Sequence record: PP952733.1
Reading direction: 5' to 3' (one strand)
DNA: 64,000 bases
DNA from: Escherichia phage vB_EcoM_H12
The translations under genes and the position numbers were made by a program. Positions 15,112 through 25,284 of the stretch are shown here, in pieces. The notes under the pieces are model-generated. The model saw nothing but the letters and a program-made list of their open reading frames with translations, was not told the origin of the DNA and searched no databases. The first letter of the stretch is position 1, and each line of letters begins with the position of its first letter.

Positions 15112-15188
15112 TAGTCCAAGTAGCTTATATGGTTAAAGCGCGTGTCTGAAAAACATGAGAAGAGGGTTCAAATCCCACTGGACTACCA
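15112..15188 (+). tRNA. tRNA-Phe (anticodon GAA)
   Basis: Acceptor TAGTCCA/TGGACTA, anticodon loop CTGAAAA, T-loop TTCAAAT. Confidence 0.75.
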
Positions 15189-15204
15189 ATTTCAAAGGTG
15201 CTTA

Positions 15205-15939
15205 ATGAAAGAGATGACAGAACAAGGTAAGGAGATTTTTAATCTCTTAAAAACTGGTAAAGGGTTATCTAACCCCCTTATTACTGGTGCAGCAGTTCTC
15301 GGTGGAACAGTAGCTGCCTCTACATCACTTGTAAGCTCTATTAGCTCTGTAACAGACCCTACAATAAAGGATAAGCTTATTGCTGCTGGACTTACAACAG
15401 TTCTGCTTAACAGCTTTACCACAAGTCTGACAAGCACTACATCAACTACTAAAACACTGACAGATTACGGTCAAAAGTCCATTGATGAGTTTTCATCACG
15501 TATGCAGGTAGCAAAAGGTTATTCTAATGTTATGGGTGCAGCAGGTGAACAAGTTGGCTGTACACCATTTAGTGGTATTATGGGTGTTGCTACAGAGTAC
15601 GGTCAAAAAGCTATTGACACAATTAACAGCACACTAGACGGTGTTAATGATGTATTAAGTGACTTACAAGACGCTATTGACAAAGGTCTTGATACTATTT
15701 CTGATTTAGCTAACCAAGCTGTTAGTAAGATTAATGAAGGTATCTCGAAGATTACAGCTTATGCAGATGAAGTTGTGCAGATGATTGAAGAAGAAGCTGC
15801 CCTTATTGCAGAGTACCTTAAAACAAATATCAATGGGTTCTTAGCAGGTATCTTACCAGACTGGTTTGATGATGCTTGTAAAACTGGTGTAATTGATACT
15901 ATTGCAACACCAGAGATGAAGAACGCATTACAGAAATAA
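15205..15939 (+). CDS. hypothetical Ser/Thr-rich protein (244 aa) inside the tRNA array
   Basis: Start moved from track 15142 to ATG 15205 (AAAGG RBS) so it does not overlap tRNA-Phe; low-complexity S/T segment. Confidence 0.5.
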   Translation: MKEMTEQGKEIFNLLKTGKGLSNPLITGAAVLGGTVAASTSLVSSISSVTDPTIKDKLIAAGLTTVLLNSFTTSLTSTTSTTKTLTDYGQKSIDEFSSRMQVAKGYSNVMGAAGEQVGCTPFSGIMGVATEYGQKAIDTINSTLDGVNDVLSDLQDAIDKGLDTISDLANQAVSKINEGISKITAYADEVVQMIEEEAALIAEYLKTNINGFLAGILPDWFDDACKTGVIDTIATPEMKNALQK

Positions 15940-15941
15940 AT

Positions 15942-16034
15942 GGAAGATTAACCCTAAAAGGTAAGGGAGCAGTTTGCTAAACTGCCAGTAGCTGAGAAAT
16001 CGGTGTACCAGTTCAAGTCTGGTATCTTCCTCCA
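15942..16034 (+). tRNA. tRNA-Ser (anticodon GCU), long variable arm
   Basis: Acceptor GGAAGAT/ATCTTCC, anticodon stem GCAGT/ACTGC with loop TTGCTAA, long variable arm, T-arm ACCAG-TTCAAGT-CTGGT, CCA encoded. Confidence 0.8.
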
Positions 16035-16038
16035 ATTT

Positions 16039-16114
16039 GAATCCGTGACAGAAATGGATATGTACCTGTCTGCAAAACAGGTTTATAAGGGTTCGAGTCC
16101 CTTCGGATTCTCCA
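16039..16114 (+). tRNA. tRNA-Cys (anticodon GCA)
   Basis: Acceptor GAATCCG/CGGATTC, anticodon stem CCTGT/ACAGG with loop CTGCAAA, T-loop TTCGAGT, CCA encoded. Confidence 0.8.
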
Positions 16115-16276
16115 AGTTATTTTACTCTCTCTCAATTAAAATAATAATAATGCCCTGCTATAAGTATTCTTCCTTTCGCTACCGAAGAGTATTTTTAGAC
16201 AGGGCTTTTTTACAGAGTTATACTTTATAAGAAGACTTATACAGTATGTCTCTGACGTACATTGTGGTTTCTCCTT

Positions 16277-16300
16277 GACGGTCTCTGTACCGTCTTTTTT
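16277..16300 (+). terminator. Rho-independent terminator after the tRNA array
   Basis: GACGGT-CTCTGT-ACCGTC hairpin followed by TTTTTT. Confidence 0.7.
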
Positions 16301-16336
16301 AAGGGGAAACATGGTTAAATATTTGGAGAAAACATA

Positions 16337-16537
16337 ATGAGCGAGACCGTTTATAAAGAACTTTATGAAGCTAATAAGAAGCTAGAATTTATGCAGAATA
16401 CTATCATGGCAATTGCAGACAGATTATCTGTAGCAACAGGTATTGATATTAAAGAAGCATCTATGGATGCACTTCTTGATGCTGTTGATGCAAAGTTCGA
16501 AGTTAAGAAAGAAGAGACTGCTACAGACTCTGAATAA
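16337..16537 (+). CDS. hypothetical small acidic protein (66 aa)
   Basis: GGAG RBS; just upstream of large terminase; too small to call small terminase. Confidence 0.4.
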   Translation: MSETVYKELYEANKKLEFMQNTIMAIADRLSVATGIDIKEASMDALLDAVDAKFEVKKEETATDSE

Positions 16538-16558
16538 TTCTATTTGCGGAGGTGCTTA

Positions 16559-18160
16559 ATGGACTTAAATGCTGTTAAGCAGAAGCGAGTGGAAGATGTT
16601 AGGAAAGTCCTAGCTGGAGAGTTGGGGCTTTCTGATGAAGTAAAAGAAATTATCAAATCATTCGGTAAAGACCCCTCTAAATTCCTTCCAACTCAAATTC
16701 TGACTTTATTAAGATACACACCAGACCAAGTTAGACTTATCTTCAAATTGATGACTGATAAGAACTATGTAGCCCCTCAGCCGGGTTCTCAAGAGGTCTT
16801 TTTAAATACTAATGCTGACTTGGTTCTCTATGGTGGTGCTGCTGGTGCTGGTAAGACTGCTGCATTGTTAATGGACTCTTTAAGGTTTATTGATGACCCT
16901 AACTATAACGCTGTCTATTTCCGTCGAAACACAACACAGTTACAAGGTGGTTTGTGGCCTGCTGCAAAGAAACTATTTGGTAAGTTTGGTGGGGTTCCTC
17001 ACGAGCAGAAGATGACTATCACATTCCCTTCTGGGGCAACTATCAAGTTTACCTATCTAGAACTTGAAAAGCACGCTGAAGGTCATCAGGGTATTGAATA
17101 CTCAGCCATTTACTTTGACGAAGGTACACACTTCTCTGCTTCACAGATTTCATACCTACAGACTCGTCTACGTTCTGGGGCTGAAGGTGATTCATACATG
17201 AAGATTTCTATGAACCCAGACAGAGACCACTTTATTTATGATTGGGTAGAACCATTCTTAGATGAAGAAGGTTACCCAGACCCTGAAAAGTGTGGTCGTA
17301 TTCGTTGGTATGTAATGAATGATGGTGTTATGGTTTCTGATTGGGAGAGAGACAAGATTCTTGAAATGTTTCCTCTTGAGATTCCTCAAACATATACATT
17401 CATCTCTGGTACGATTGATGATAACCCAATTCTTGACTTCTTAGAACCTAAATATCGTGGTAAGTTGGAAAACAACACCCCTGTAAACGTTGCAAGACTT
17501 CGTTTCGGTAACTGGAAGGCTCGTGCAGAAGGTTCAAACTATTGGCAAAGACAATGGTGTGAAATTGTTGATTCACTCCCAGAAGATGTATTCGATGTCA
17601 GAGCATGGGACTTAGCAGCAACTTTACCATCTGAGATTAACCCTAATCCAGACTGGACAGCAGGTGTTAAGATGGGTAAATCTAAAAAAGACGGTTGCTA
17701 TTATATCATTGATGTAGTAAGATTTAGAGATAGACCCTCTGGAGTCGAAACACAAATTAATTTGACTGCTGAAAGTGACGGTAAGCGAACTGGTATTTTT
17801 ATCCCTCAAGACCCAGGCGCTGCTGGTAAATCCTACGCAACATCCCTCATCAGGAAACTTGCCGAGAAAGGTTATCGAGCAAGAGCTAAACCAACAAATA
17901 AAGATAAAGTTACCCGATTTGCGGGGTTTTCTGCTGCTTCTGAAGCTGGACTTGTAAAAGTCTTGAGAGGTAGTTGGAACGAAGCTTACTTCCAAGAACT
18001 TGAAGGTTTTTGTGGTGATGGTAAAACTAAAGATGACCAAGTGGATGCTACCAGTGATGCTTTCAACAGTCTTAACGAAGTTAAATTATTCAAGCCACCA
18101 TCAATGGGTGCTCACACAGACTTAGTGAGAGGAAACCCATATGAGGGGCTTAGACGTTGA
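16559..18160 (+). CDS. terminase large subunit
   Basis: Walker A LYGGAAGAGKT; start moved to ATG 16559 preceded by GGAGG (track starts at TTG 16544). Confidence 0.85.
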   Translation: MDLNAVKQKRVEDVRKVLAGELGLSDEVKEIIKSFGKDPSKFLPTQILTLLRYTPDQVRLIFKLMTDKNYVAPQPGSQEVFLNTNADLVLYGGAAGAGKTAALLMDSLRFIDDPNYNAVYFRRNTTQLQGGLWPAAKKLFGKFGGVPHEQKMTITFPSGATIKFTYLELEKHAEGHQGIEYSAIYFDEGTHFSASQISYLQTRLRSGAEGDSYMKISMNPDRDHFIYDWVEPFLDEEGYPDPEKCGRIRWYVMNDGVMVSDWERDKILEMFPLEIPQTYTFISGTIDDNPILDFLEPKYRGKLENNTPVNVARLRFGNWKARAEGSNYWQRQWCEIVDSLPEDVFDVRAWDLAATLPSEINPNPDWTAGVKMGKSKKDGCYYIIDVVRFRDRPSGVETQINLTAESDGKRTGIFIPQDPGAAGKSYATSLIRKLAEKGYRARAKPTNKDKVTRFAGFSAASEAGLVKVLRGSWNEAYFQELEGFCGDGKTKDDQVDATSDAFNSLNEVKLFKPPSMGAHTDLVRGNPYEGLRR

Positions 18161-18167
18161 TAGCTAG

Positions 18168-19643
18168 GTGAGAAGAATGGCAGATATTACAGAAACACAA
18201 GAAAGCTTACCACCATTTAGAATGGGTGAAGTAGGTTCTTTGGGTCTGAAGGTTAAGAATGGAAGAATCTATGAAGAACCTCGTCAGGCACTAAGGTTCC
18301 CTGAAAGTATTAAAACTTTCCAATTAATGATGCGTGACCCTGCTGTAGCAGCATCTGTAAATATTATTAAGATGTTTGTCAGAAAAGTCAACTGGAGATT
18401 CGTACCTCCAAAGGGAAAAGAGCAAGACCCTAAAATGCTTGAAAGAGCAGACTTCTTTAATTCTTTAATGGATGACATGGAGCATGATTGGGCAGATTTT
18501 ATTAACTCTGTAATGTCATTCTGCACTTATGGGTTCTGTGTTAACGAAAAGGTTTATAAGAAACGTCAGGGTAAAAAAGGAAAGTACCAGTCAAAATTTG
18601 ATGATGGTCTAATTGGGTGGGCTAAATTACCAATCAGAAACCAGTCAACGCTTGATAAGTGGTATTTTGACGAAGATTTTAGAAAAGTTACTGGTGTTAG
18701 ACAGAATCTGAGAAATGTTTCACATATTGCTGGAGCAATCAATCTCGGAGAAAGACCACTAACAAGAAAACTTCCACGAGCTAAATTCATGCTGTTTAAG
18801 TATGATGATGAGTATGGTAACCCAGAAGGTCGTTCACCATTACTTAATGCTTATGTACCGTGGAAATATAAAGTACAGATTGAAGAGTATGAAGCTGTTG
18901 GTGTTTCAAGAGACTTAGTAGGTATGCCAAAGATTGGTTTACCACCAGACTATCTGGATGAAAATGCAGAGCCTGAAAAGAAAGCTTTCGTACAATACTG
19001 CAAAACTGTTGTTAATGACATGATTGCTAATGACAGAGCAGGCTTAATCTGGCCTAGATATATCGACCCAGAAACTAAAGAGGATATCTTTGAGTTCTCA
19101 TTAGTTTCTAGACAGGGTGCTAAAGCATATGATACAGGTTCTATCATTGACAGATATTCCAAGCAAATTATGATGGCATTTATGTCAGATGTTCTTGCTA
19201 TGGGTCAGTCAAAATATGGTTCATTCTCTCTTGCAGATTCTAAGACAAGCCTGTTAGCAATGTCAGTAGATATCCTGCTGAAGCAAATTAAGAACGTAAT
19301 TAACCGTGATTTAGTTGCACAGACTTATGCTCTTAATATGTGGGATGATGAAGAACATGTACAAATCACATACGATGATATCGAAACTCCAGACCTTGAA
19401 GCAATTGGTTCTTATATTCAGAAGACTGTTGCAGTAGGTGCTTTGGAAGTTGACAAAGAGCTATCTAACAAACTTAGAGAGCATATTGGTCTTCCTCCTG
19501 CTGATGAGTCTCAGCCAGTATCTGAAAAGCTTTCTCCAAATAGCCAAAGCCGTTCAGGAGATGGTTATAAGACCGCTGGAGAAGGTACTGCAAAGACACC
19601 TTCAGCGAAAGACCCAAGCACAGCAAATAAGGCAAATAAATAA
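18168..19643 (+). CDS. portal protein (putative)
   Basis: About 490-aa ORF directly after large terminase; track start is GTG, alternative ATG at 18177. Confidence 0.7.
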   Translation: MRRMADITETQESLPPFRMGEVGSLGLKVKNGRIYEEPRQALRFPESIKTFQLMMRDPAVAASVNIIKMFVRKVNWRFVPPKGKEQDPKMLERADFFNSLMDDMEHDWADFINSVMSFCTYGFCVNEKVYKKRQGKKGKYQSKFDDGLIGWAKLPIRNQSTLDKWYFDEDFRKVTGVRQNLRNVSHIAGAINLGERPLTRKLPRAKFMLFKYDDEYGNPEGRSPLLNAYVPWKYKVQIEEYEAVGVSRDLVGMPKIGLPPDYLDENAEPEKKAFVQYCKTVVNDMIANDRAGLIWPRYIDPETKEDIFEFSLVSRQGAKAYDTGSIIDRYSKQIMMAFMSDVLAMGQSKYGSFSLADSKTSLLAMSVDILLKQIKNVINRDLVAQTYALNMWDDEEHVQITYDDIETPDLEAIGSYIQKTVAVGALEVDKELSNKLREHIGLPPADESQPVSEKLSPNSQSRSGDGYKTAGEGTAKTPSAKDPSTANKANK

Positions 19644-20143
19644 TGGCTGAAGTTATCTCTATTTCAAATGCTACACGAGTGCATTCGTATAGGGGTGTCC
19701 TTATCATTACTGATAAGTTATCTGTAGAGGCTGGCTCAAGGGTCAGCCTTTCAGGTTATGTTAGTGATGGTGGAGTCTCTGACGTTTTCACTATTTGCAG
19801 GTTACTTGATGCACCAATGAGTGGTAAACCGTTTATTTCAGGAAATTGTAGTGAAATTGTTAAAATTCCATTTGACAGTTCATGCCTTTTGGGTGTAAAG
19901 TTATATAACTGCGAGAATAAACGTATCAATGTTAATAGCATTGAAGCCGCTTTCATTACCCTCGACACTGCATTTCAATCCCCAATGACAGTTAACAAAG
20001 AAACAAACAGACTTGAATACATTTTTTCACAAAATGATTACAAAGTACTTGTCAAAGGTAAAGTATATGATATGATTGTAAATGTGGTAGATGAATCTGG
20101 TAACCATTCAACAGTCCTTAAACAAAAAGTAAGGTTTAATTAA
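19643..20143 (+). CDS. hypothetical head-module protein (166 aa)
   Basis: ORF between portal and protease genes. Confidence 0.45.
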   Translation: MAEVISISNATRVHSYRGVLIITDKLSVEAGSRVSLSGYVSDGGVSDVFTICRLLDAPMSGKPFISGNCSEIVKIPFDSSCLLGVKLYNCENKRINVNSIEAAFITLDTAFQSPMTVNKETNRLEYIFSQNDYKVLVKGKVYDMIVNVVDESGNHSTVLKQKVRFN

Positions 20144-20475
20144 TGGGAACATTAACTATTGATGGTAAGAATAAAATCCTCGCCACGCTAACCCCAACGA
20201 CTATTATTTTACACAATGTAGACCCAACGGCAGACCCTACAGCAAATAAGGTTACTCAGCCAGTGGCTATTTATTTTTCTGAACCGGATAATGGCTTAAT
20301 TGTCTCAGAAGATACAGTTAATATTACTGTTCCAGCTTCTGCAACGGTCTCACACTATAGCTTGTGGGATGCTAACGATAAATGCGTGGCAACTGGTGCT
20401 CTTAGCAAACCTCAATTCTTTGCTGAAGAAGGTATCTATGTTATCTCTTCAGTCTCTGTAGATTTAAACAAATAG
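20143..20475 (+). CDS. hypothetical head-module protein (110 aa)
   Basis: ORF abutting flanking genes. Confidence 0.45.
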   Translation: MGTLTIDGKNKILATLTPTTIILHNVDPTADPTANKVTQPVAIYFSEPDNGLIVSEDTVNITVPASATVSHYSLWDANDKCVATGALSKPQFFAEEGIYVISSVSVDLNK

Positions 20476-20486
20476 GGTGAGTAAAA

Positions 20487-21833
20487 ATGAGTTCGAATAT
20501 CTTCAGACTTGCTGATAGATTATTCAACCAACCTTTACTAGCCACTGAATCATTAGCTCACTCAGCAGCAACTTATGTGAATAACAGATTGCTGGGTGAT
20601 GTCCAAGCAGCAGTAAACTTTGATAAACCCAAAGGTGAAGCAAGAAGTCTTTTAAAAGTAAAAGATGATATTGCTATTGTTCCTATTATGGGTGGCTTAA
20701 CCCATCGTATGACATTCATTGATGCAATGTGTACAGGTGGTTTAAGCTCTTATGAAGGTTTACGCAGAGGCTTTGACGAAGCTTTAGCAGATGAGTCAAT
20801 TAAGACTATTGTTCTGCACATCGATTCTGGTGGTGGTGAAGCTTCAGGTTGCTTTGAATTAGCACGTCACATTATGGCTTCAAGAGGCCAAAAGAAAATT
20901 ATTGCTTATGTAGATGAGTTCGCTTGTTCCGCTGCATATGCTCTTGCATCTTCTGCTGAAGAAATTATTGCATCACCAGATGCAGATGTTGGTTCTATCG
21001 GTGTAATCATGGTTCATCAGGAATTAACTAAGGCATTTGAAAAGAATGGCGTAACAATTAACGTCATCAAAGCTGGTGAGTTTAAAGGTATGGGTTCACC
21101 ATTCCAAGCACTTTCAGAAGAAAGCAAAGAAAGACTTCAAAAGAGAATTAATGATACCTACGCAACCTTCACAGGTTTTGTAGCTGAATCACGTAATATC
21201 TCTGAAGAAGCTGTAAAGAATACTGAGGCGAATGTTTATTCTGCTCAGGAAGCTCTTGAACTTGGTTTAATTAACTCAATCATGTCTCAAGATGATTTCT
21301 TAAATTACTTACAAGGTTCTGAAGAGGCTCCTGTAAGTTTAAACGTTAACAATTCAGGTGAAGAAATGACTGAACAAGAAAAGCAAGAACTAGAAGCTTT
21401 GCGTCTTCAGGTTGCTCAAATGAAAGCTAAAGAACAGGAAGCTGCTTTGTCAGATTTGACTAATAAGATTTCTGCTTCTGCTGAAGCTTTTGGATTTGAT
21501 GCAAAAGAAGCTGCAACGACTATTTTAGGTGCTGGTCTTGATAACCCTCTGAGTGTTCTGTTTATGAATGCTATGGAAGGTGCTAACCAGAAACTTAATG
21601 AAACTATCGCGTCCCATGCTTCTGCAATGGAAGAAAAAGAATCAGAAATTACCAAGCTGAAAGAAACTGCTGGTGCTGTTCTTGAACATTCCAACGCTAT
21701 GGAAGAAGTGGGTAATGACGGCGAAGCTGATTTAGTTGAAGAAGAAAAAGAACCAGCTAAGAATGCTTCCGAAGACACCGCTGAACAACGCAAACTGGCT
21801 CTCCAGAATGCTCTAAAATCTCTTATCAAATAA
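20487..21833 (+). CDS. prohead protease (S49/ClpP-like) fused to coiled-coil scaffold-like C-terminus
   Basis: N-terminal half has S49-like segments (IVPIMGGLT, HIDSGGGEASG, YVDEFACSAAYALAS); C-terminal half is Ala/Glu-rich. Confidence 0.7.
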   Translation: MSSNIFRLADRLFNQPLLATESLAHSAATYVNNRLLGDVQAAVNFDKPKGEARSLLKVKDDIAIVPIMGGLTHRMTFIDAMCTGGLSSYEGLRRGFDEALADESIKTIVLHIDSGGGEASGCFELARHIMASRGQKKIIAYVDEFACSAAYALASSAEEIIASPDADVGSIGVIMVHQELTKAFEKNGVTINVIKAGEFKGMGSPFQALSEESKERLQKRINDTYATFTGFVAESRNISEEAVKNTEANVYSAQEALELGLINSIMSQDDFLNYLQGSEEAPVSLNVNNSGEEMTEQEKQELEALRLQVAQMKAKEQEAALSDLTNKISASAEAFGFDAKEAATTILGAGLDNPLSVLFMNAMEGANQKLNETIASHASAMEEKESEITKLKETAGAVLEHSNAMEEVGNDGEADLVEEEKEPAKNASEDTAEQRKLALQNALKSLIK

Positions 21834-21844
21834 GGAACACAATA

Positions 21845-22222
21845 ATGGCATATCAAGGTTTTACTAAGTTAGGTAAAAGAGAACCTCTGAATGATATCAT
21901 TCTTTGGGAACAGGTTACCCCAACAGGCCACTCTCGTAAAGAGTACACCCCACAGGCATCTACAGAATATCGTGTAGGTGAGGTTCTGAAGGCAGACGGT
22001 ACTAAAGTTACAGCAGGGCAAGAAGCTCAGGCTGATTCGGTATGTATCGTTAACTTCTATGCAGACCTGCAACTGTCTTACCACGGTCAGTTGAAAGTTG
22101 TTGGTATTTACCGCGACGCAGAACTAAAAGACCTGCTTACTCTTGAGTCAGGTGTTGATGCTGCCGCAGTCAAGACAGCTCTGGCTGCTAAAGGTATCGA
22201 TTTCGTACCAACTGGCCTGTAA
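21845..22222 (+). CDS. putative head accessory or decoration protein (125 aa)
   Basis: Position between protease/scaffold and major capsid genes; no motif. Confidence 0.4.
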   Translation: MAYQGFTKLGKREPLNDIILWEQVTPTGHSRKEYTPQASTEYRVGEVLKADGTKVTAGQEAQADSVCIVNFYADLQLSYHGQLKVVGIYRDAELKDLLTLESGVDAAAVKTALAAKGIDFVPTGL

Positions 22223-22255
22223 TAACAATAATAAGACATTCTGGAGAATTTTACA

Positions 22256-23359
22256 ATGTTGACTAATTCTGAAAAAAGCAGATTTTTCCTTGCTGACCTG
22301 ACTGGTGAAGTCCAGTCTATCCCAAATACTTATGGGTATATTTCCAACTTAGGTCTGTTCCGTTCAGCACCAATCACCCAAACTACTTTCCTTATGGATT
22401 TGACTGATTGGGATGTTAGCTTGCTTGATGCGGTAGACCGTGATAGCCGTAAAGCAGAGACTAGCGCACCTGAGCGTGTTCGTCAAATCAGCTTCCCAAT
22501 GATGTACTTCAAAGAAGTTGAAAGCATTACTCCTGATGAAATTCAGGGTGTACGTCAGCCAGGCACTGCAAACGAACTGACTACTGAAGCTGTAGTACGT
22601 GCTAAGAAGCTGATGAAGATTCGTACCAAGTTCGATATTACTCGTGAGTTCCTGTTTATGCAAGCTCTGAAGGGTAAAGTTGTTGATGCTCGTGGTACTC
22701 TGTATGCTGACCTGTACAAGCAGTTCGACGTTGAGAAGAAGACTGTTTACTTCGACCTTGACAACCCTAATGCTGACATCGACGCTTCTATTGAAGAACT
22801 GCGTATGCACATGGAAGACGAAGCTAAGACTGGCACTGTAATCAACGGTGAAGAAATTCACGTAGTTGTTGACCGTGTATTCTTCAGCAAGCTGACTAAA
22901 CACCCTAAGATTCGTGATGCCTATCTTGCACAGCAGACCCCACTGGCTTGGCAACAGATTACTGGTTCTCTGAGAACTGGTGGTACTGACGGCGTTCAGG
23001 CTCACATGAACACTTTCTACTACGGTGGTGTTAAGTTTGTCCAGTACAACGGTAAGTTCAAAGACAAGCGTGGTAAGGTTCATACTCTGGTGAGCATTGA
23101 TGGTGCTGGTGCAGAGGTTGGTGTAGGACACGCTTTCCCTAACGTTTCTATGCTGGGTGAAGCAAACAACATCTTCGAAGTGGCATATGGTCCATGTCCT
23201 AAGATGGGTTATGCAAATACGCTTGGTCAGGAACTGTACGTATTTGAATACGAAAAAGACCGTGACGAAGGTATCGACTTTGAAGCTCACTCTTACATGC
23301 TGCCATACTGTACTCGTCCTCAGTTGCTGGTAGACGTTCGTTCTGACGCTCAAGGCTAA
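22256..23359 (+). CDS. major capsid protein (lambda gpE-like family)
   Basis: 367 aa; GGAG RBS; segments resembling lambda E-type capsid proteins; position after protease and accessory protein. Confidence 0.75.
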   Translation: MLTNSEKSRFFLADLTGEVQSIPNTYGYISNLGLFRSAPITQTTFLMDLTDWDVSLLDAVDRDSRKAETSAPERVRQISFPMMYFKEVESITPDEIQGVRQPGTANELTTEAVVRAKKLMKIRTKFDITREFLFMQALKGKVVDARGTLYADLYKQFDVEKKTVYFDLDNPNADIDASIEELRMHMEDEAKTGTVINGEEIHVVVDRVFFSKLTKHPKIRDAYLAQQTPLAWQQITGSLRTGGTDGVQAHMNTFYYGGVKFVQYNGKFKDKRGKVHTLVSIDGAGAEVGVGHAFPNVSMLGEANNIFEVAYGPCPKMGYANTLGQELYVFEYEKDRDEGIDFEAHSYMLPYCTRPQLLVDVRSDAQG

Positions 23360-23380
23360 TATTCTTAAGGAGGGTTATGA

Positions 23381-23830
23381 ATGTGCTATACAGGCGACCC
23401 AGCCAATAACCCTCTTGATAGAGTAAGAATCCTCTGCACAGACACCAATAATGATGAAATTCTTATTGAACAGTCTGTGCTAGAGTGGTTCTATCTAGAA
23501 TCTGGAAAGGATGAAAAGAAAGCAGCCATCAAAGCTCTTAAATATTTACTCTTTCAAGTAGCCAAGATGGGAGATGAGAAGGTTGGTGGTGTTTATTTAC
23601 GTAACTCTTCCAGATTCAAATCTCTGAAAGCTGTTTATGACGACCTTGTTAAAAGCTCTGTTTCAGGACTACCCTATGCAGGTGGTATTAATCAGTGCGA
23701 CATTGATATGCGTCGTCAAAATCCTTGCTCTGTCAAGAAATACACAGAATATGGTGATGCTGCCAGATACGAAGGCAGAGATTACTGCAACCGTGTTAAT
23801 GGCGTATTTATTATCGAGCGAGATGAATAA
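23381..23830 (+). CDS. putative head-tail connector protein (149 aa)
   Basis: Position after capsid gene; GGAGGG RBS. Confidence 0.4.
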   Translation: MCYTGDPANNPLDRVRILCTDTNNDEILIEQSVLEWFYLESGKDEKKAAIKALKYLLFQVAKMGDEKVGGVYLRNSSRFKSLKAVYDDLVKSSVSGLPYAGGINQCDIDMRRQNPCSVKKYTEYGDAARYEGRDYCNRVNGVFIIERDE

Positions 23831-24312
23831 TGGTTAAAAGGGTTATTCACCCCGCTAGAGCAAAATTAGTCGGGGCTATGAAGAACTTGCAAACGGCTAA
23901 TGCTCAAGTTGGGTATTTTCAAGAACAAGGTCAACATAGCTCTGGTTTTTCTTATCCTGCTTTAATGTATTTACAAGAAGTTATTGGGGTTCCCTCAGCT
24001 TCTGGTAAAGTATATCGTAGGTTGTTTGAAATCACTATGATGCTAAACAGACAGACCTTGTTAGAGCAGACTAAGAAGAATCTATATAAGCAGCTTAGCA
24101 GTCTCAACACAGACCCTTCAAATACCTTAGAAGCATTTGCAAAGAATGCTCAGAAGGCAATTAAAAGAGGTTTTGGTAATTCTGCTATACTCCCTCCTAA
24201 CGCACCTTCCACAGTCAAGAAAAAAGGCTTTAACGCACCTCTTGTTGAGACAGGTGACTTAAGGGACAACCTTGCTTATAAAATTTCTACTAAGAAGGGT
24301 ATTAAAAAATGA
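23830..24312 (+). CDS. putative head completion or adaptor protein (160 aa)
   Basis: Position in head-tail joining region. Confidence 0.4.
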   Translation: MVKRVIHPARAKLVGAMKNLQTANAQVGYFQEQGQHSSGFSYPALMYLQEVIGVPSASGKVYRRLFEITMMLNRQTLLEQTKKNLYKQLSSLNTDPSNTLEAFAKNAQKAIKRGFGNSAILPPNAPSTVKKKGFNAPLVETGDLRDNLAYKISTKKGIKK

Positions 24313-24710
24313 GACTCTTAAACAGACACAGCTTTGTAGTAAAGCGTAAAGTCTCTGAAGACGGTTATTATAATGATGATGGTGATTGGGTAGCTTCACA
24401 AGATATTGTAGAGGTTAACTGTAAAGGTAATATCCAGCCATACATCAAAGGTTCTGTAAAGAACGGTACACAGATTGCTTTACCAGAAGGTATTAGACTC
24501 ACTGATACGAGAATCTTGTATACCACATATAAACTTAGAACTTCAGATGATGTAGAGTGGAATGAGTCTGACATTGTTATGATTGATGGTCATGAGTATG
24601 AAGTATTTATGACTATGGATTGGTCACAACAATTAGCCCATACGTCCCATTATGAATATATCATTATTAGAAGGGATAAAATGAATGCAGTTAGAAACAG
24701 CAGAACTTGA
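24309..24710 (+). CDS. hypothetical virion protein (133 aa)
   Basis: ORF in late operon. Confidence 0.4.
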   Translation: MRLLNRHSFVVKRKVSEDGYYNDDGDWVASQDIVEVNCKGNIQPYIKGSVKNGTQIALPEGIRLTDTRILYTTYKLRTSDDVEWNESDIVMIDGHEYEVFMTMDWSQQLAHTSHYEYIIIRRDKMNAVRNSRT

Positions 24711-25284
24711 AAAAGGTCTAGTTAGAACCTTAGTGGATGTTATTGGTCACAGACTAGCTCGTGATAAAAATAATAGACCAAATGTAATTAGAGCTTACCC
24801 TTCTGATAACTCAAATGACAAAGGTTTAAAACCTGACCAGCCATTTATTACCGTATATTGTCAAGATGCTGCAACACCTTATGGTTGGGTTCTTGATAAG
24901 TTTGTTGAGGATGATGTAGTTTGCTATAGAATTGCTTTTCAAATTCCAGTATTAATTACGGTAAATGGTAAAGGTGCTCACAGTATTATGCTTGAGCTTA
25001 AACAACGATTAGAGATGAGTTCAGTCAGAGATTTAATTCTTGAAGAGACAGGAGCTACAGTTTTAGACACTGGAGCTATCCCAAATGACTACACTTATCT
25101 TAATACAGATTTCGAAAATTCTGCACCTCTTGTTGTAACTCTTGTAAAAAATTCAGTCCTGAAAGATGAACGTGGAGGTATCATTGAACGTGTCATTGTT
25201 GATGGTGAATTAGTTTACGAAGAAGGACAAGAGCCACCAGAATATACTATCCATCTAGATGTAGACTCCAAAGGGGTAAAATAA
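24685..25284 (+). CDS. hypothetical virion protein (199 aa)
   Basis: ORF in late operon. Confidence 0.4.
   Translation: MQLETAELEKGLVRTLVDVIGHRLARDKNNRPNVIRAYPSDNSNDKGLKPDQPFITVYCQDAATPYGWVLDKFVEDDVVCYRIAFQIPVLITVNGKGAHSIMLELKQRLEMSSVRDLILEETGATVLDTGAIPNDYTYLNTDFENSAPLVVTLVKNSVLKDERGGIIERVIVDGELVYEEGQEPPEYTIHLDVDSKGVK

Noticed and set aside
15142-15939. Track start at 15142 for the Ser/Thr-rich protein
   Set aside because: That start lies inside tRNA-Phe; the ATG at 15205 with an upstream AAAGG RBS is used instead
16003-16230. Track ORF 16003..16230(+)
   Set aside because: Overlaps tRNA-Ser (GCU) and tRNA-Cys and the terminator region
22364-23353. 329-aa antisense ORF inside the major capsid gene, and similar antisense or out-of-frame track ORFs elsewhere (e.g. 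1382..1633, 17624..18040, 21416..21856, 49737..50660, 60136..61527)
   Set aside because: Fully nested within well-supported genes on the opposite strand or in another frame; low-complexity translations
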